Below are positions 21,692-58,330 of a DNA stretch of 64,000 nucleotides, in pieces. Each line of letters opens with the position of its first letter. Positions within the stretch are counted from its first letter, which is position 1. The translations under genes and the position numbers were made by a program. Under the pieces are notes generated by a model. It was not told the DNA's origin, ran no database searches, and saw nothing but the letters and a program-made list of their open reading frames with translations. This DNA comes from Lingula anatina. Taxonomy: Eukaryota > Animalia > Brachiopoda. The stretch spans positions 16,244,001 through 16,308,000 of the forward strand of contig CM120641.1 in NCBI GenBank assembly GCA_051362555.1, given 5' to 3'.

Positions 21692-23889
21692 TATGCCACC
21701 AGTGGCCCACTGGCAAATGCTATCTGAGGTGTTTATATTTCAACAGAAAACACATACTATAGAAATTACTACACAGAAAAAATTTATTGCTAAAAATATA
21801 TTACATTGTATAGCACCAGATATTTTGACTATAACAACCAAAATTAAAACAATATAATACATGAGTTGCACTTTCGAATTCAGAGATGATATATGTTACA
21901 ATAGATTTAATAAATAATTTTGTTTTGTTTGTTCTACATACAGTGAAAAAGAACAAGAATGCTGCTTTGGTACAACAGTTTGTTAGTATAATAATGTTTA
22001 TGAAATATATTGTGCTTACTAAATTATTTGATGTCTGTAAGATATGTTGATAAATAAATATGAAAAGTTCAATTTTTTACTATGGGAACTTTGTCTTTTT
22101 AAGTATTTATAACATATTATCTAAAACATGCTGTCATTAAATGATGCATTATTGAAAAAGATCACATTGCAAGCATTTTGGCGAATCCAGTTAAGCTTAA
22201 GGGAGGAGGCACATGGGCGAAGCATTCTGTAAAATTGCTTTGTTATGTCTCTATTTATTATTATACTTTTTTGTTGGGGGGGGGGGGTGGGGGGTGGGAG
22301 GGGGTTGGGGTGGAAAGGAGATACCCCTTAAGTTAGGGGAGGGGCATCTGCCCACTGTTCCCCCACTAGAGCCACCAATGAGCATGTAAATATGGAGATC
22401 AATTTTGTTTTCTGTACAAATATGATGCATTGTTGGTTTGGCACAAAGTAATTGGCAATAAACACTGATACATGTCATATAGCTTATCCTTAAAGACTTT
22501 ACTGTTATGGCATTATATAAAGAAGGCGAAATAGATGGAATAAAAGAGGAATTACTTTGAAATGTCTTTTTAACTTTTCATTGAATATGACATAAAACAA
22601 TAGAAACCTGACAGCAAGACTAACTTATGAAAGTAACCTATTTATGATGATTTTTTAACTTGGTTTGCATTTTGGGCCCTGCATTTTTACCAAACAAGAC
22701 TTCCCAATTTTATGAAGTTAAACAAAATACAGCTGAGCAGTTATAGTCTGGATGAGGTAGGTGGCTGAGACAGATGACATGAACAGAAAATAATGATTAA
22801 GATAAATGCAGACACTTACAGTTGGCACATGTTGGTCTTGTGCTAGATAAATTGTTCAATATTAGGTAAATGTTTTTGTCTGCCAGTGATTGTCAGATGT
22901 ATGTACTTTCCAGTATTTATATTATGATATGATAACTCAAAATTTTCATATGAAATAATGTGAAGATGAGTGAAACGCTATTAAATTAAATAAGATTAAT
23001 GATTTCCAGGTATAATCCAGTTAACACATTTTCCTAGGAACACGTATTCATACCATATTAGTAATTGATGAGTAAATGACTAGATACTGATGCTATATGA
23101 CTAGAGTTTGGATCAAACATTTGACAAAAAAATGTGAAACTTTTTTTACGTTCCTATATACAAATATATCAGAGAGATTAGTGGATTATTCATAAAGTGC
23201 AAGAAACTCCATCACATTAGAGATAAACACCAAGATACGATATAAATAATGTTGTGAAAAGTGCAGCATGCAGAATTAAGACATCAGACTATGGACCTTC
23301 TGGATTAATATTTTAAATATCTTACAGGAATTAAAACTTAGATCCTGACACATGGTATCCCACTTGCACACTTCCCATTCATCATGATTACAATACCCAG
23401 GACTATAATATACTATACAATTGCTCATTAGCTGTAATACGTGTCTCATCAGTGTCTTCCTTGTTTACTATGATGGATGTTTGATTGGACAAACATCCAT
23501 AGCCCTTTGAAAAATGTACATTTGTCACTCAAAAATTAAGCCGACCATAAATTACAGGCCAGTGTTATCACCACATAAAAGCATCCTCAATTTAAAAGTT
23601 TAGTGGCAACCAACTTCAGTATATGTCTCTGTGGTTTTCTTTAAGGACTGAATCTCTGCATCTGCACATAAAGAAAATGAAAGATATGGCAGTAACATTT
23701 TCCCAGTCCATTCCCATTGTTTAAGTTAATTCAAAAATTGTCTCATGACAACAGCCAGCAATTTATTCCAAGTGTTTCTATTGCAATTAGCTTTTCATCA
23801 TCATTATTGCCAGCCATGCCTTTAAGAGTGGGGACAGCCGTATCTTCCGAAGACTGTAGGAGCCAAGTTAAAAAATCGACTGCTGTTTT

Positions 23890-25655
23890 GAGGGCCTGAT
23901 ATTCCAAAGGCCAGAAGGTCCGATATTCCAAATGCTTTTAGTCCAAGGATATGCTACGGTAATTCTCCAATCTATACGAACGCCGCAATAATTACGAACG
24001 AAACGTTTTTTCTCTGAATCTGAATTTTTTGTCTCCGTTCTGTACGAACGATCACTAAACTCACCTTGGGCACAATTTAAATTTTCCGAACGCCAGAAAG
24101 TGTGCCCAATTGAAACTCGCCCCATGATTCGTCAAAGCGAGTTTTCAGACCACCGTTCCAAACAAAGGAACTGCCACTTGACAGGAGAGATTGTTATCAT
24201 GTATTTGTGCTGTTTTTGAATGAGACGATAGAAGGACTCAACCTGCCCGCCGGCAGCTGCAGGCCAGTTTTAAAACCCTGTTGTTATTTAGAAATTATTG
24301 AAAGCATCAGTACACATAAATTACTTACTGTTTATTATCATTTCTTAACTTCTGCCGGCCGACTGGATCATCAACATCCACCATCGGTGTTTCACCGATA
24401 ACTGGTTTCCAGTAAAATCTATAAACGTGAAACCCACGCACAACAGAAGAGTATGAGAAATCCATAGTCAATGATCGAGTTTTTCTTTGTTTTTGGTAGT
24501 CATTAGGAAATTAAATTTTTTAAGAGGAGTTCTGTCTTGTATTGTATTTATTTTTCTAATTTGAGTTGTGATAAAGTTCATGTTTTTTTGTTTGTTTGTT
24601 TGTATTACTGATATTGGTGATTGTGAAAAATAAAGATGCCGTATGACTTTATACAAATTTGCCTGCAGTTTTCTGTATTTTTTCTAATTAAGTTTACATT
24701 GATTGCGTGCAAATTAATATGCTGTAAAAAACTTTCATAAATAGACGTGAATTGAGCTGATGTTATTTTTTATATCAAGTATAATCTCTATTAACGTCAG
24801 TGATATCTACTGTGAGGAGTTTCAAGTATTTTGTTTTGGCGGAAGAAATTTTATGTAGGCCTAATGGGGGGGGGGGGGGGGTGACATTATTAATATTGCA
24901 AATTTTCTATATGTGAAATCATATTAAAAGTAAACACGCATTAAATAAAATATGCAACTGGATACGCAAATATTCTTGTCTGTTTTTGACAGAAGTTGGG
25001 AAAAACGATGTTGTCCTGTCTTGGTAAAACATAACAGGGAAAAACGATGTTGTCTTGTCTTGGGAGAAATGTACCTCTTTAGTATGAAGAAATTGTTTCT
25101 TAACTTGAATTCCCGACTTTTGTTTAGTTTGTTTTAATTCATTGCAATATCGCAAGAATAATTTGTTTGTGCTAAAAGCTGATCACAGTGATTTAATCTG
25201 AAAGTAATGCTTACACTTAGCAATGTATGTAAGTGGAGATAACTTCCGGTACAGCCGTATTCCATTCGTATTTCAATGGATACGAACATGTGGCAATTTT
25301 TAGCAGACTGAATTTCAAGCCTTACGAACAAAATGATTATCTTCCAAAAATAATTAATTTAAATCGTTCGTATAGATTGGAGAATTACCGTATTCTGAAA
25401 AAAGTTATTAGCCGCACTTAAACGCAATGGTATTACTTGCATGTGCAGAGAGGCGCTTTTAACTATTTTATGCTATGACATTTTCTGCTCTCCCCTGTGC
25501 CATTTTGTTGTCTTCACTCATGTAATTTGGCTCATATACTCAAATACATATAGCAGACCCTCGTAATAGGGGACCCTTGGATGAATGGTACCTTGGAACA
25601 GCGGTCCTTCAGAACAAAAGCCCCCCTGGAACAAAAGACCTTCGGAATTTAGATA
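23890..25655. mobile_element. Probable non-autonomous DNA element with inverted arrays of ~17-bp units, downstream of the kinase stop
   Basis: Left end has GG(T/C)C..ATATTCCAAA units and right end has TT(C/G)GGAA....GACC units in the opposite orientation. The interior is CpG-richer than the flanks. A related short array lies at 37370-37500. Confidence 0.45.
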
Positions 25656-25915
25656 TGCACCCCTAAGGGTTAAGGGCAACAATTTGAAGTTCCCAAGTTT
25701 CAGTGTTATTGGCTTTTGTCTGGAGGGTATCCATTTCTTCCCATCTGTTTCTGTTCTGCAATTGTCTGGCCATTGGAGATTAAGCAATGCTCCACACTGT
25801 CGATTGATCCCAAACCATCTCCTTCGATTAGGTCTTTTGTTGAAGCGTACTGAATACAACAATTCCACTGGAAGTTTTTTTACTTTTTTACCCCTCCTTC
25901 AGCTGATGTACAAAG

Positions 25916-49164
<23,249 letters not shown>

Positions 49165-52100
49165 CTTTTCTCCTGTTGCTGTATGTAAGCCAGTGCTCGC
49201 TGTGTGTTTACACTTGCTGGGCGACGGAAACGGCATTAAGCGGCCTTCACAGGGACTGACGTCACCGAGATATTTGCTGTGATAGGATAAGCTGTGAATT
49301 CTTGGAACCGTCCGTGAAAGCAGAGAAGAGAAGAGCTTTCTGTTCTGACACCCCAGGATGCTTTTACAGGTGTAAATTTGTTCTGGAACAAGACGCAAAT
49401 TTTCTTCTCACGTCCTTAGGGCCTCGCATACCTTGACAATAAGAAAAAGATGGATTAAGCCTACTTTTCTGAAATAAGCCTTTACGGAAATCTGCCCTCA
49501 TCCATCCATCACTTTTTGACTTGTTTCAAATATGACAACCGTTTTATGATTATTACTTACATGCAGTGACTGCTATTTTTTGTGCGCGCGCGTACGTAAA
49601 TTCGTACGTGTATAGGCGCCTTGTAATGTGTGAATGACTGAAGCGCGATAGGTGAAGAATCTAATATAAGATAAAAAACAAGCATTTGTCATTGTTCAGA
49701 TGAATGAATATGAAACATCTTCACAATACAGTGTCACGAAAATCCATCACTATTATATTTGCGCAGTTGCAATCAGCCATCTTTAGCAATCCGGCGCATG
49801 CTTTTAAGGATTTAATTTTATATTAAGTTTGTGCACGTACAACCCTGTGCGCGTGCTTTGCAGTGCTTTGCAAGCAATACTTTCAGGGATTGCTCGAGAA
49901 GGCAGTGAAAAGCAAACTGAAATTTAAAAAAAAGGCCCTCGACATGACTTCCTTTACCCAGGGTCACTTAAAATGGAAGAAAAGTGCTTCCGTGTATAAT
50001 GATAACATTCCGTATTAATATACCACTTGAAAACTTGTACCAGCTAACAATTTCTGGCTACATAGTTGTCCAAATGCACTGGTAATAGGTTCGAGATGGC
50101 GATATGTATTCAAACAGCACATTAAGCCCGAGAAATGGACTTGCGTTGCCTGATGTATAAGTTCAGAAACAGCTGTGTGAAGCCATGAACATCAACGCTC
50201 ACCTCGCACTATTACCGTTTCAGTGAACAAAACAGTGCAAACCACACGACATCTTACCACAGCATCGAGTTTCGATTATAAAAAAAAAAAAAGCTTCAAC
50301 CTCGTGGCAAAACAAGACCATCAGATTCCATATTGCTTCAAAGTATATAAACCATAGCTGGTTGTATAATACGTTTTTCCGTTGCTACGTGCGTATGCGC
50401 GTGCCGCTTGTATCCTCGGAGCTCATAAAGCTCTTGATTGGCACTTTTTTCTGCCTTTCTGTCTTATTGACTGAGTACCGAGTGCACAAACTTGCCTGCT
50501 TCTCGATGCCTTGTGTTGAAACCTCATTAATTGACTGATTCATTGCACTATTAAAACCATTCTACGATTTGTTTAAATATCCATCAACCACTTAGATAAG
50601 GACGGCGCACGAGCCGTGTAAACCTAGGATGCAGTGTCTACGGACCTAATGCAAACATCATACCTGATTAACGAACAGAATCCACCTTAAGCCTGACAAA
50701 CAAAAATGTCTGAACACTTTAAATCAAGTAAAACCAAGTTCACAACTGTGGCCCACAAAAAATGAGGCAGCAGAATTTAAAAAAAGACGCCTTGTTCTGG
50801 ACTGCTAACTGACGCACTTGAATTCCCTACTTCATTAGCGTGGTATGTAAATTTATTCTGCCGAAGTCTTGGTCTTCTTATTTCGAGGGAAGGAGAGTTT
50901 TCAATATTATGTTGATTGAGGAATGACTGTTTCTTATGGGAAATTGTTGTTGTAGGTTTAGAGGGGAAGTTACATATGGATGCTACAGGGATTTAAGGTG
51001 GATGGGGATTTGAGAGGATTTCGGGCGATCCTCCGGGCCTTCTCCAAGATAAAAGTGTCCTTTAAAGACGCTTCTATTTGGTGAGAATGGTGCTTTGATT
51101 ACTGATTTAACTTTGGAAGACTGTCGATCTAACTGGAAGACTGTCAGCTTGGACTGCTGGCCCTCCTAGATATAGAGGTTATCAGGAATATATTGTGACA
51201 TTGTGTAAAATACGCTACTTTGTCTACTTTAAGCTTATCTGAAGATATGATGAAAAATGCACCGATTTAATTTCCTAGAACTTTTTTATTTGTGTCTTAT
51301 TGAAAATACCAAGATTAATTTCATCTATCAATGTATGTCTTTTTGTACATTTTCAGTCTTCGTTTGGCTTTTTTGCTGACTTCCATTGACAGGAAATTAC
51401 AGTGAAATTATCGACCGAAAACATTCCTTTATATTTCAAGCGAGAGTTCTTGATAATAAAGACGTTATACAAGGGACTTTATTGCCCCATTCAAACTTAC
51501 AAGCGATGTTCATAGATGTATACAGGCAATCCCGGTACTATCAGTGCAATGGGGAAAAAAGATATGGCTATTTTCCCACGCAATCTGCCGTAGATCTTGG
51601 CATTGCAACATGCATCTATATACAACTTAATACTTTACCTCTTGTTATTATTATCTGTCGTCCAGACAAGGTTTATATCATTCCCGTCCCTTTCTTTTGG
51701 CTGGTGAGCAAGGTCGTGGCTATGACGATGGAATGTCACACCATCGTAACAATGGCTTCACTGCCGCATTAGAGATAATGACTTTAAACAAATATATGCT
51801 TAAAATCGACAAATTTAAGTCCTTGAAAATATCGAACAAGTAACCCACCTTGTGCTTAAAGTTATTCCGTGCCCCGGCCCTTTTTTATGATTTGAAACGC
51901 ACCACTGCCGAATAATGGAAAATGCAAAGATTGCCTGTAAGTCGTGTCTTAACATAAAGAGAGTTGCAAATGCTCCAGCTCAGCAAAGTTGACACTGCAG
52001 ATTAGACACCTGCCTGACTTATAAGTGCGCTGGCTGCATAACGACATAACTAGGGGTCGGGAAGGTAAATTAAAAACGCATATTACCAACTGTTTAACTG

Positions 52101-52409
52101 CCGCTCGTATATATTGATCGGTGTTCTCTTGGTGTTCACATAGATTTAACACGAGTGATTTGTGTCGAGAAAGAGAGGACGGGAAAAAAGACAATTTCGG
52201 CTGCTAGTACCCCGCATATATACTTTGATATAGCTATATCATGACACAAAAGCTCAAAGGCATAATCCCGGAAGATGCATGTACATCTGACATTTTCGGG
52301 GCTTGGGTTGCAATATTGATAAAAACGAATTTTCACTATCGCTGGATTACCCCATCGGATCATTTGGTTCACGTCCAATCACGAACTGATCGACTGTTCA
52401 GCACTTGCA

Positions 52410-52546
<137 letters not shown>

Positions 52547-54671
52547 CAAATAAATAAATAATTAAAAAAATAATAATAAATACATCGCTAATTTTACTTT
52601 CCCTGAAATTGGTGGTTTTATTTTTAATCTGTTATGTGGTGAAATATTTACAGTTCGCCAAAAGCCAGTATAATTAGATAATTAGAATATTTTATGGCAT
52701 TTTTATGAACTATAACTTGGTTTTATACCCACTTCTCTGACTGATAATTTATATCTTAAAAGAAACGCCTTAGCCTTCATTCAAATTTTATTCCATTTTA
52801 TATTGAAATAAAAAATCTCCTACCGTACAGTTAATGGGCTTATCAGAACGTCCAATAAAATTAGTCTTTACAGCGCGTTTAGGCGCAATAGAGTTTTTAT
52901 GGAAGTGGCCTTACGCATTACCTTGCTTGATAACACAACGAGATTTTAATTGATTTTCACATTCATCGGATCTACAAGCTCATGTTTTAATCCGTCGACC
53001 TTTTCTGCTTTCCCTGCCATTACATTGGTGGTAATTAACTGTTCACTAGTAATTGGAATGCGCCCAGAAGCGTAATATCCAAGCTTATGTCTTTTAATAT
53101 ACTAAAAAAGATCTAACAAAATTGCCTATAGTTAAAAAAATACCCAAAATATTGGAAGGTCAGATATATCCGTTAACATCTCTCAATATTCAAGGTGTAA
53201 GGAACTTACAAAATAGGGTATCTTTAAAACAGCTGCCTAGTGGCCTTTAAAAAAGACTGTTATCCTTCAGAAACCTGGCCTGGGGATAAAACTGAACAAT
53301 CTTTTCATGTCAAATAGGCATACCGCTCTTCCTTCTTGATTCTGCGAATACTAAACAAATGCTGTCATTACCCTTAGGGGCTTCTAAAATAGTCCATAAA
53401 ATTAAAATGGGAGGTACAATAATTTGTAACCGGCTGGGCCCCTACTAGTGCACCCAGTGGCCAGAGAGTATGCTGTCACAATGAGGCGCATATGCGGAAA
53501 AAACAGTTGTCTCTAATATGTGCAATGCTGTACCTGTTCAAGATGGTGAGAAAACGACGATAACCTATTTGTACCAGTATTTGAATCCAATCTCACATGC
53601 GCATGGATAGCAGGTGTACGAATTTATGGCGTTTTATGGCGATTTTTAAAAATTAAATGCGTGAAAAAAAATACTTAATCGATTTTATTATTATTTTTTT
53701 TTTAAATTCTTGTTCACTAATGTGTTATCCTGTCTTTTTGTGGGTTTTTAGAGTCATTAACCCATCAAGATGATAGCCGAGCGTGACTATATCCTGTGAC
53801 AATTCTGAATAGCGTGTCAGATGTTACTATTTCAGTTTTGGGAAATGAAATTACATTTTATTTATATAGGCCAATTCACTCTGCAACACTGGACTGTTGG
53901 GTGGACCAAGGAGTTATAACAGAAGGAGATTACACGCAAGCCTCTCTATTGTCCGATGTCTGTTACGGTGGGCGGAGCTAGCTACGGGGGGCCTCCGGTC
54001 TCAAGGTTTCGTCTGCGTCGCTCTCCTCAGCTTGGAGATAAATTTCATATGCGTTATTTCGCGTTAGAATTCGAGATCAGTAATGTCAAAGCGCCGCTGT
54101 ATGCTGACGATTTTTTTCACAGGTAATTATTTGGACGATGTGCTGGAAGGGAACGATATCATAGAAAGCGATTATAAGGTGGTGACTGAGGATGGTCGCC
54201 ATGAGCTTTTTTTAGTCGGTGATAGATGGCTTTTTTATGGCACAACCCGGTGAAAAATCACCAAGGAGAAGTCAAAAGAAAACGTCCCAACTGTGGTTTG
54301 TGAAAATGACATTCAAGTGAACGTCTGTCCTCACTGCCAAAGGACATAATATTAATACATTAACGTTTGGAACCTCCTGCCCTTGGGTCCCATAAACATA
54401 TACATTGTGACAGTGCCTACGCTTTGTGTCTGGTTTTAAATTTCTTAAAGTATTTTTTCTCTCACTCGGTATAATTCTAATATTATAATGCATTTAATTA
54501 AAATTTTAATCCAAGGTTGAGGCAATGCCACGACACGTCAGTTTACTGAATACTCGTTATAAATTTCTTTATCTTGGAAATTTCCCTTTTTTTCAGGATT
54601 ATTTGACACGTACAAAATCTGTTCATATTTGTCGGTAAACAAGTGCACAGTGCTATACATAAAGAATAATT

Positions 54672-57573
54672 TTTATTCATTCATAAATATATTTATGTAC
54701 AAAATATATCAGAAATTTTAGTATTCACTGAGCTCTTTAAAGTGAAACAAATAAAGATGAGAATATTGAATTTCAAACTATTATTTACTATATTAACTTA
54801 AAATATCTTTTAAGTCAACTCTATACTCAAGCACTCTATACTCTATACTCATGAAAGTAGCATCTGTGAGTAAAACCATTTTATTATATCAATAGAAGAA
54901 CAAAAACAAAAATTTTACACATAAGCAGTAATAAATGAAGTCATAAGAATGATTAAGTTGCTACAGTTTTCCAGTTTTATGCAGTCTATGATGGCATTTT
55001 TTTCAACCGTGCAAGTAGAAATAATTATATTCTTTTTTATCTGACTTGCTGATACCAGTCTGTGCCAGATACTATTCCACTTACAGGCCAGCAAGGTCTG
55101 AGAATCTAATGGGCCGAATGAAAAAAAAATCCAAGAAGATAAAGTGGTTAATTCTTACAAATAGGATAAAAAACATGGGATTTTCAAAAGGTTATTATAG
55201 ATCAAGACAACACTTAGTAAGAACATTTATAAAATGTAACAGCTGAAAAAATTAACTGGTAAGTAAGCAGTAAGTGACTGCTTTAAAGAAATTTCACTGA
55301 AACAGAAATTTCACTGGCAATCAGGTAGACTGTTATACCATGGCACTCAACAATTTATATATAGGTTTTGAATTTTTTTCCACGTAACAGTAACATAAAA
55401 TTTATGTCCACTTTTGCAATGTATAGAGTCAGTTAGGTGACTGAAAATATTTTAAAATGTCATAAAGGAGCACTATTAATTTAATGCAATCTCTGTTGGC
55501 CAATCTTATCCAGTTTCTTCTCCAAAAAGGACAACTCAAGTGAGAATTTCTTCAGGGCCTTTTCTTCTGCCTTGCTAATGCCATGCCACTCAGAAAAGAG
55601 AGAAACCTGTAGGTTAGAAAAAAAAACATAATAATAGCATTATGAACTACTAGTAGCCATGTAGACATTATGGAATTACGCAGTGAAGTTTAATATGTCT
55701 TGTTATGACTTGACTGAAATAATGTTCACCACATAAAAGATATTTTACAACTAAATTTATATAGAACATCAAGATTCATGATCACAAGCTAATAACCCCA
55801 AGAAATTGAAAGAAATTGTACTTATTACAAGAAATTATTTAAATCCGCCCTGGTTCCTACTCTTCTGACAGGACAAAAAGGGGATTTCAGAGAGGCTGGT
55901 TGCTAAAAGGAAAATGCCCAAGGTTGTTGTATTTTGAAAAAAAAATTAAAAAGGGTACTGTTGTTAGTGAATGTTTAATGCATCTTAGGCATTATGACAA
56001 AAGTAACTTACCCCAGACACACTGACCTCCTTTTTTCATTGACATATTTTAATTTTTTCCAGCCTGACCATAATTCATATATTCAATGCAGCCTTCTCCC
56101 ATATCTATAATAGAAAAAAAACTTGAGTAGTGTTAAGATATGCATGTCAAATTCATTATCAATTTTGAGAGAATTTCTGTTTCAACACTACAAGATGAAA
56201 TATTTAATTTCAAGTAATGAATAAACCTTAATAGAGTTCTATTCTATTGTAACCACCAAGGCAAAGCTTCTTTCTTAAAATGAACTGAAACATCCAAGCT
56301 TGCCACCTAACATGCCAAAGTAGTGAAGTATAATTTAAGTAGAGAAGCAAGTACCCCTTAATTATAGAGGTGTCTTACACAATAAGGTGTGTCTTACACA
56401 CCTTGACTCAAAGAGAGATGTGCAGTGAGATAACAGGTAAAGTAATTGGTGGAGCCTAGGTGAACTTAAAACCTTAAGACTTTAAATTAAGAAGCACCAG
56501 TATTCATGTGTGTTCTTTTTTCAAAGGTTTAATATGAATTAAAACATATATATGTAAAAAGAAGACTAAATAAGTTAAAAATAACTATACCAAAGACACT
56601 GTGAAGTCAAACTTCCTGTTAGACCGCCATGATGGAAAATGCTGGGTGGAGGCAAAATTTTCCAGTCAAAAAAACTGAGCACTTTACTTTAACAACAAAG
56701 TTACCACTCCAAAGCCACCCACCATGGTGAGAAGAAAAATGATGACCAACTGTCATGATAAGTCTTTTTAGATTTAAACATGAAAAAGGTAAAGGCCAAA
56801 ATGGTACATTTACCCATAACACTAGAGTAAAAAATTGGTATTCTGAACAAATCAGGTTATTTTTTTCAAGAAATATTGGAGCAGTATCCATGCAATATAT
56901 ACCACGCCACGACCAAGATGTTCAAGAATCTAAACACACCAAATTTTTTTATAATCTTGCATTTGAAAAGTACAAAAAGCGGTAAGGCTTTTGGCCGTAA
57001 CAAGCGTAACGCTTTTTGATCGGAACTCATGAAAATTGTCAATTGTCGTATCCAAGCTAGACCACATGTAAAATCGCAAAAATAAACAATACTGCTCAAG
57101 CAAGTGTGTTGCACACATAATAATTAGTTAAATTTTATGACTGTCATGTGACACAAGTTTCAAAAAGTAGGAGGAAAATGTCTTTTGGAGTAATTTATTT
57201 TCGAAATATTAACAAGATGGCGGCTTAAGCATCTGCTTGTTATTCGGCTACTGAAAGTGCACCTAAGTTTTATTCTTTGCTATTGCCACAAATTACTTAA
57301 CAATTGTAACTGTATAAAGACCAAACTTTCTTCATCTGATACTATAATTATAGGCACTTGTTATGAGTGGGAAATATTTTTCGTGCAATATTTATTCTCC
57401 ACACACCACCTCGCGAGATCAACGTGTAGCTGGACACTTACACAGTGAGACCCTACGACATAAAAGTTGCAATTTATCTTCATATTTCGTGTAGTTATGC
57501 ATTTAAAAGCACTTACCTGTTTTTTGAAAACCTTGTCCAACGTACTATCATATAAATTCTGTATTTCTCTCAT
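54672..57573 (-). other. Putative 3-exon spliced transcript (microprotein or non-coding)
   Basis: Strong splice signals define an exon ending at 57517 (CAG|GTAAGT), exon 56104-56012 (ttatAG...GG|GTAAGT) and an exon from 55606 (ctacAG). AATAAA lies at 54677-54672 on the minus strand. The middle exon has stops in all three frames. Confidence 0.4.
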
Positions 57574-57699
57574 TTTTTAGAAACTTGGGACTCCGTTTCT
57601 GTTTCTGTCCTCAAAAATCAACAGACGAAGGCACAGATACTAACAAACGAGATTTAAACGAGAGTAATTAAGCGTAACAGAGATAGACATCCATTGTTC

Positions 57700-58330
57700 T
57701 CTGGGTTCTATTCATTCCGACCAATGAGAGACCGTAATACGGGCTCCGCCCCCACGCGTGTAATCTCCTTCTGTTATAACTCCTTGGGTGGACGGACTTT
57801 AGGAGTCTTTTTATCCAACTTCTAGGAGGGAGTAAATTCTGATATATCGGGATACTGACAATTTTGAAATTAAAAGTCATTGTGTGTCTACGCGCTTAAA
57901 CCATTTCACAGGGGTAACGTGCGTTTGAATTAAGTTATTCGGCATGGCTATCGTTAATTCTTGTTGGGATTTTTTATATTATTTGTTAATATCATTTGGT
58001 GTTTATCATATCGCCCATTATTTCAAAGAACTGGGATAACGTTTAGCCTTGGACAAATAATACGAATCTTTTTTTTTTTCCAAGATTTAGCTCAAAATTG
58101 AAGTTAGTGCAGCACATTTTAAGCACTGCCAATAGATGTCAGCACGTAAGAACTTGCTTGACTAATGAATTTTAAACAACTGGTTAACCGTAACTTTAAG
58201 TTCCACGTCGCTCGTTTTTTGAAATGTGCTGTGTCATTTGCAGTAGATTAATCTTTTTTTTTTTTTTTTTTTTTTTTGCAAGTTCTCTTCGAATTTGGAG
58301 CGTCTTGGTAACCGGAAGTGAAAGTGGCGT
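57700..58330. promoter_or_regulatory. Probable bidirectional promoter
   Basis: CCAAT (57721) and GC-box CTCCGCCCC (~57745) face the minus transcript. ETS ACCGGAAGTG (58311-58320) precedes a 5'UTR exon ending at 58423 (GTAAGT). The region is CpG-rich. Confidence 0.5.

Noticed and set aside
9700-21700. One intact giant transposon or Helitron carrying cargo
   Set aside because: No shared termini, TSD or Rep/helicase were seen and all ORFs are broken; not fully excluded without a genome-wide copy search.
51386-51772. 128-aa ORF on +
   Set aside because: Non-ATG start, no recognisable domain and no convincing splice partners.
54075-54125. EISNVKAPLYADDF on +, resembling a LINE RT YADD motif
   Set aside because: No other RT motifs were recognisable nearby, so it may be chance.
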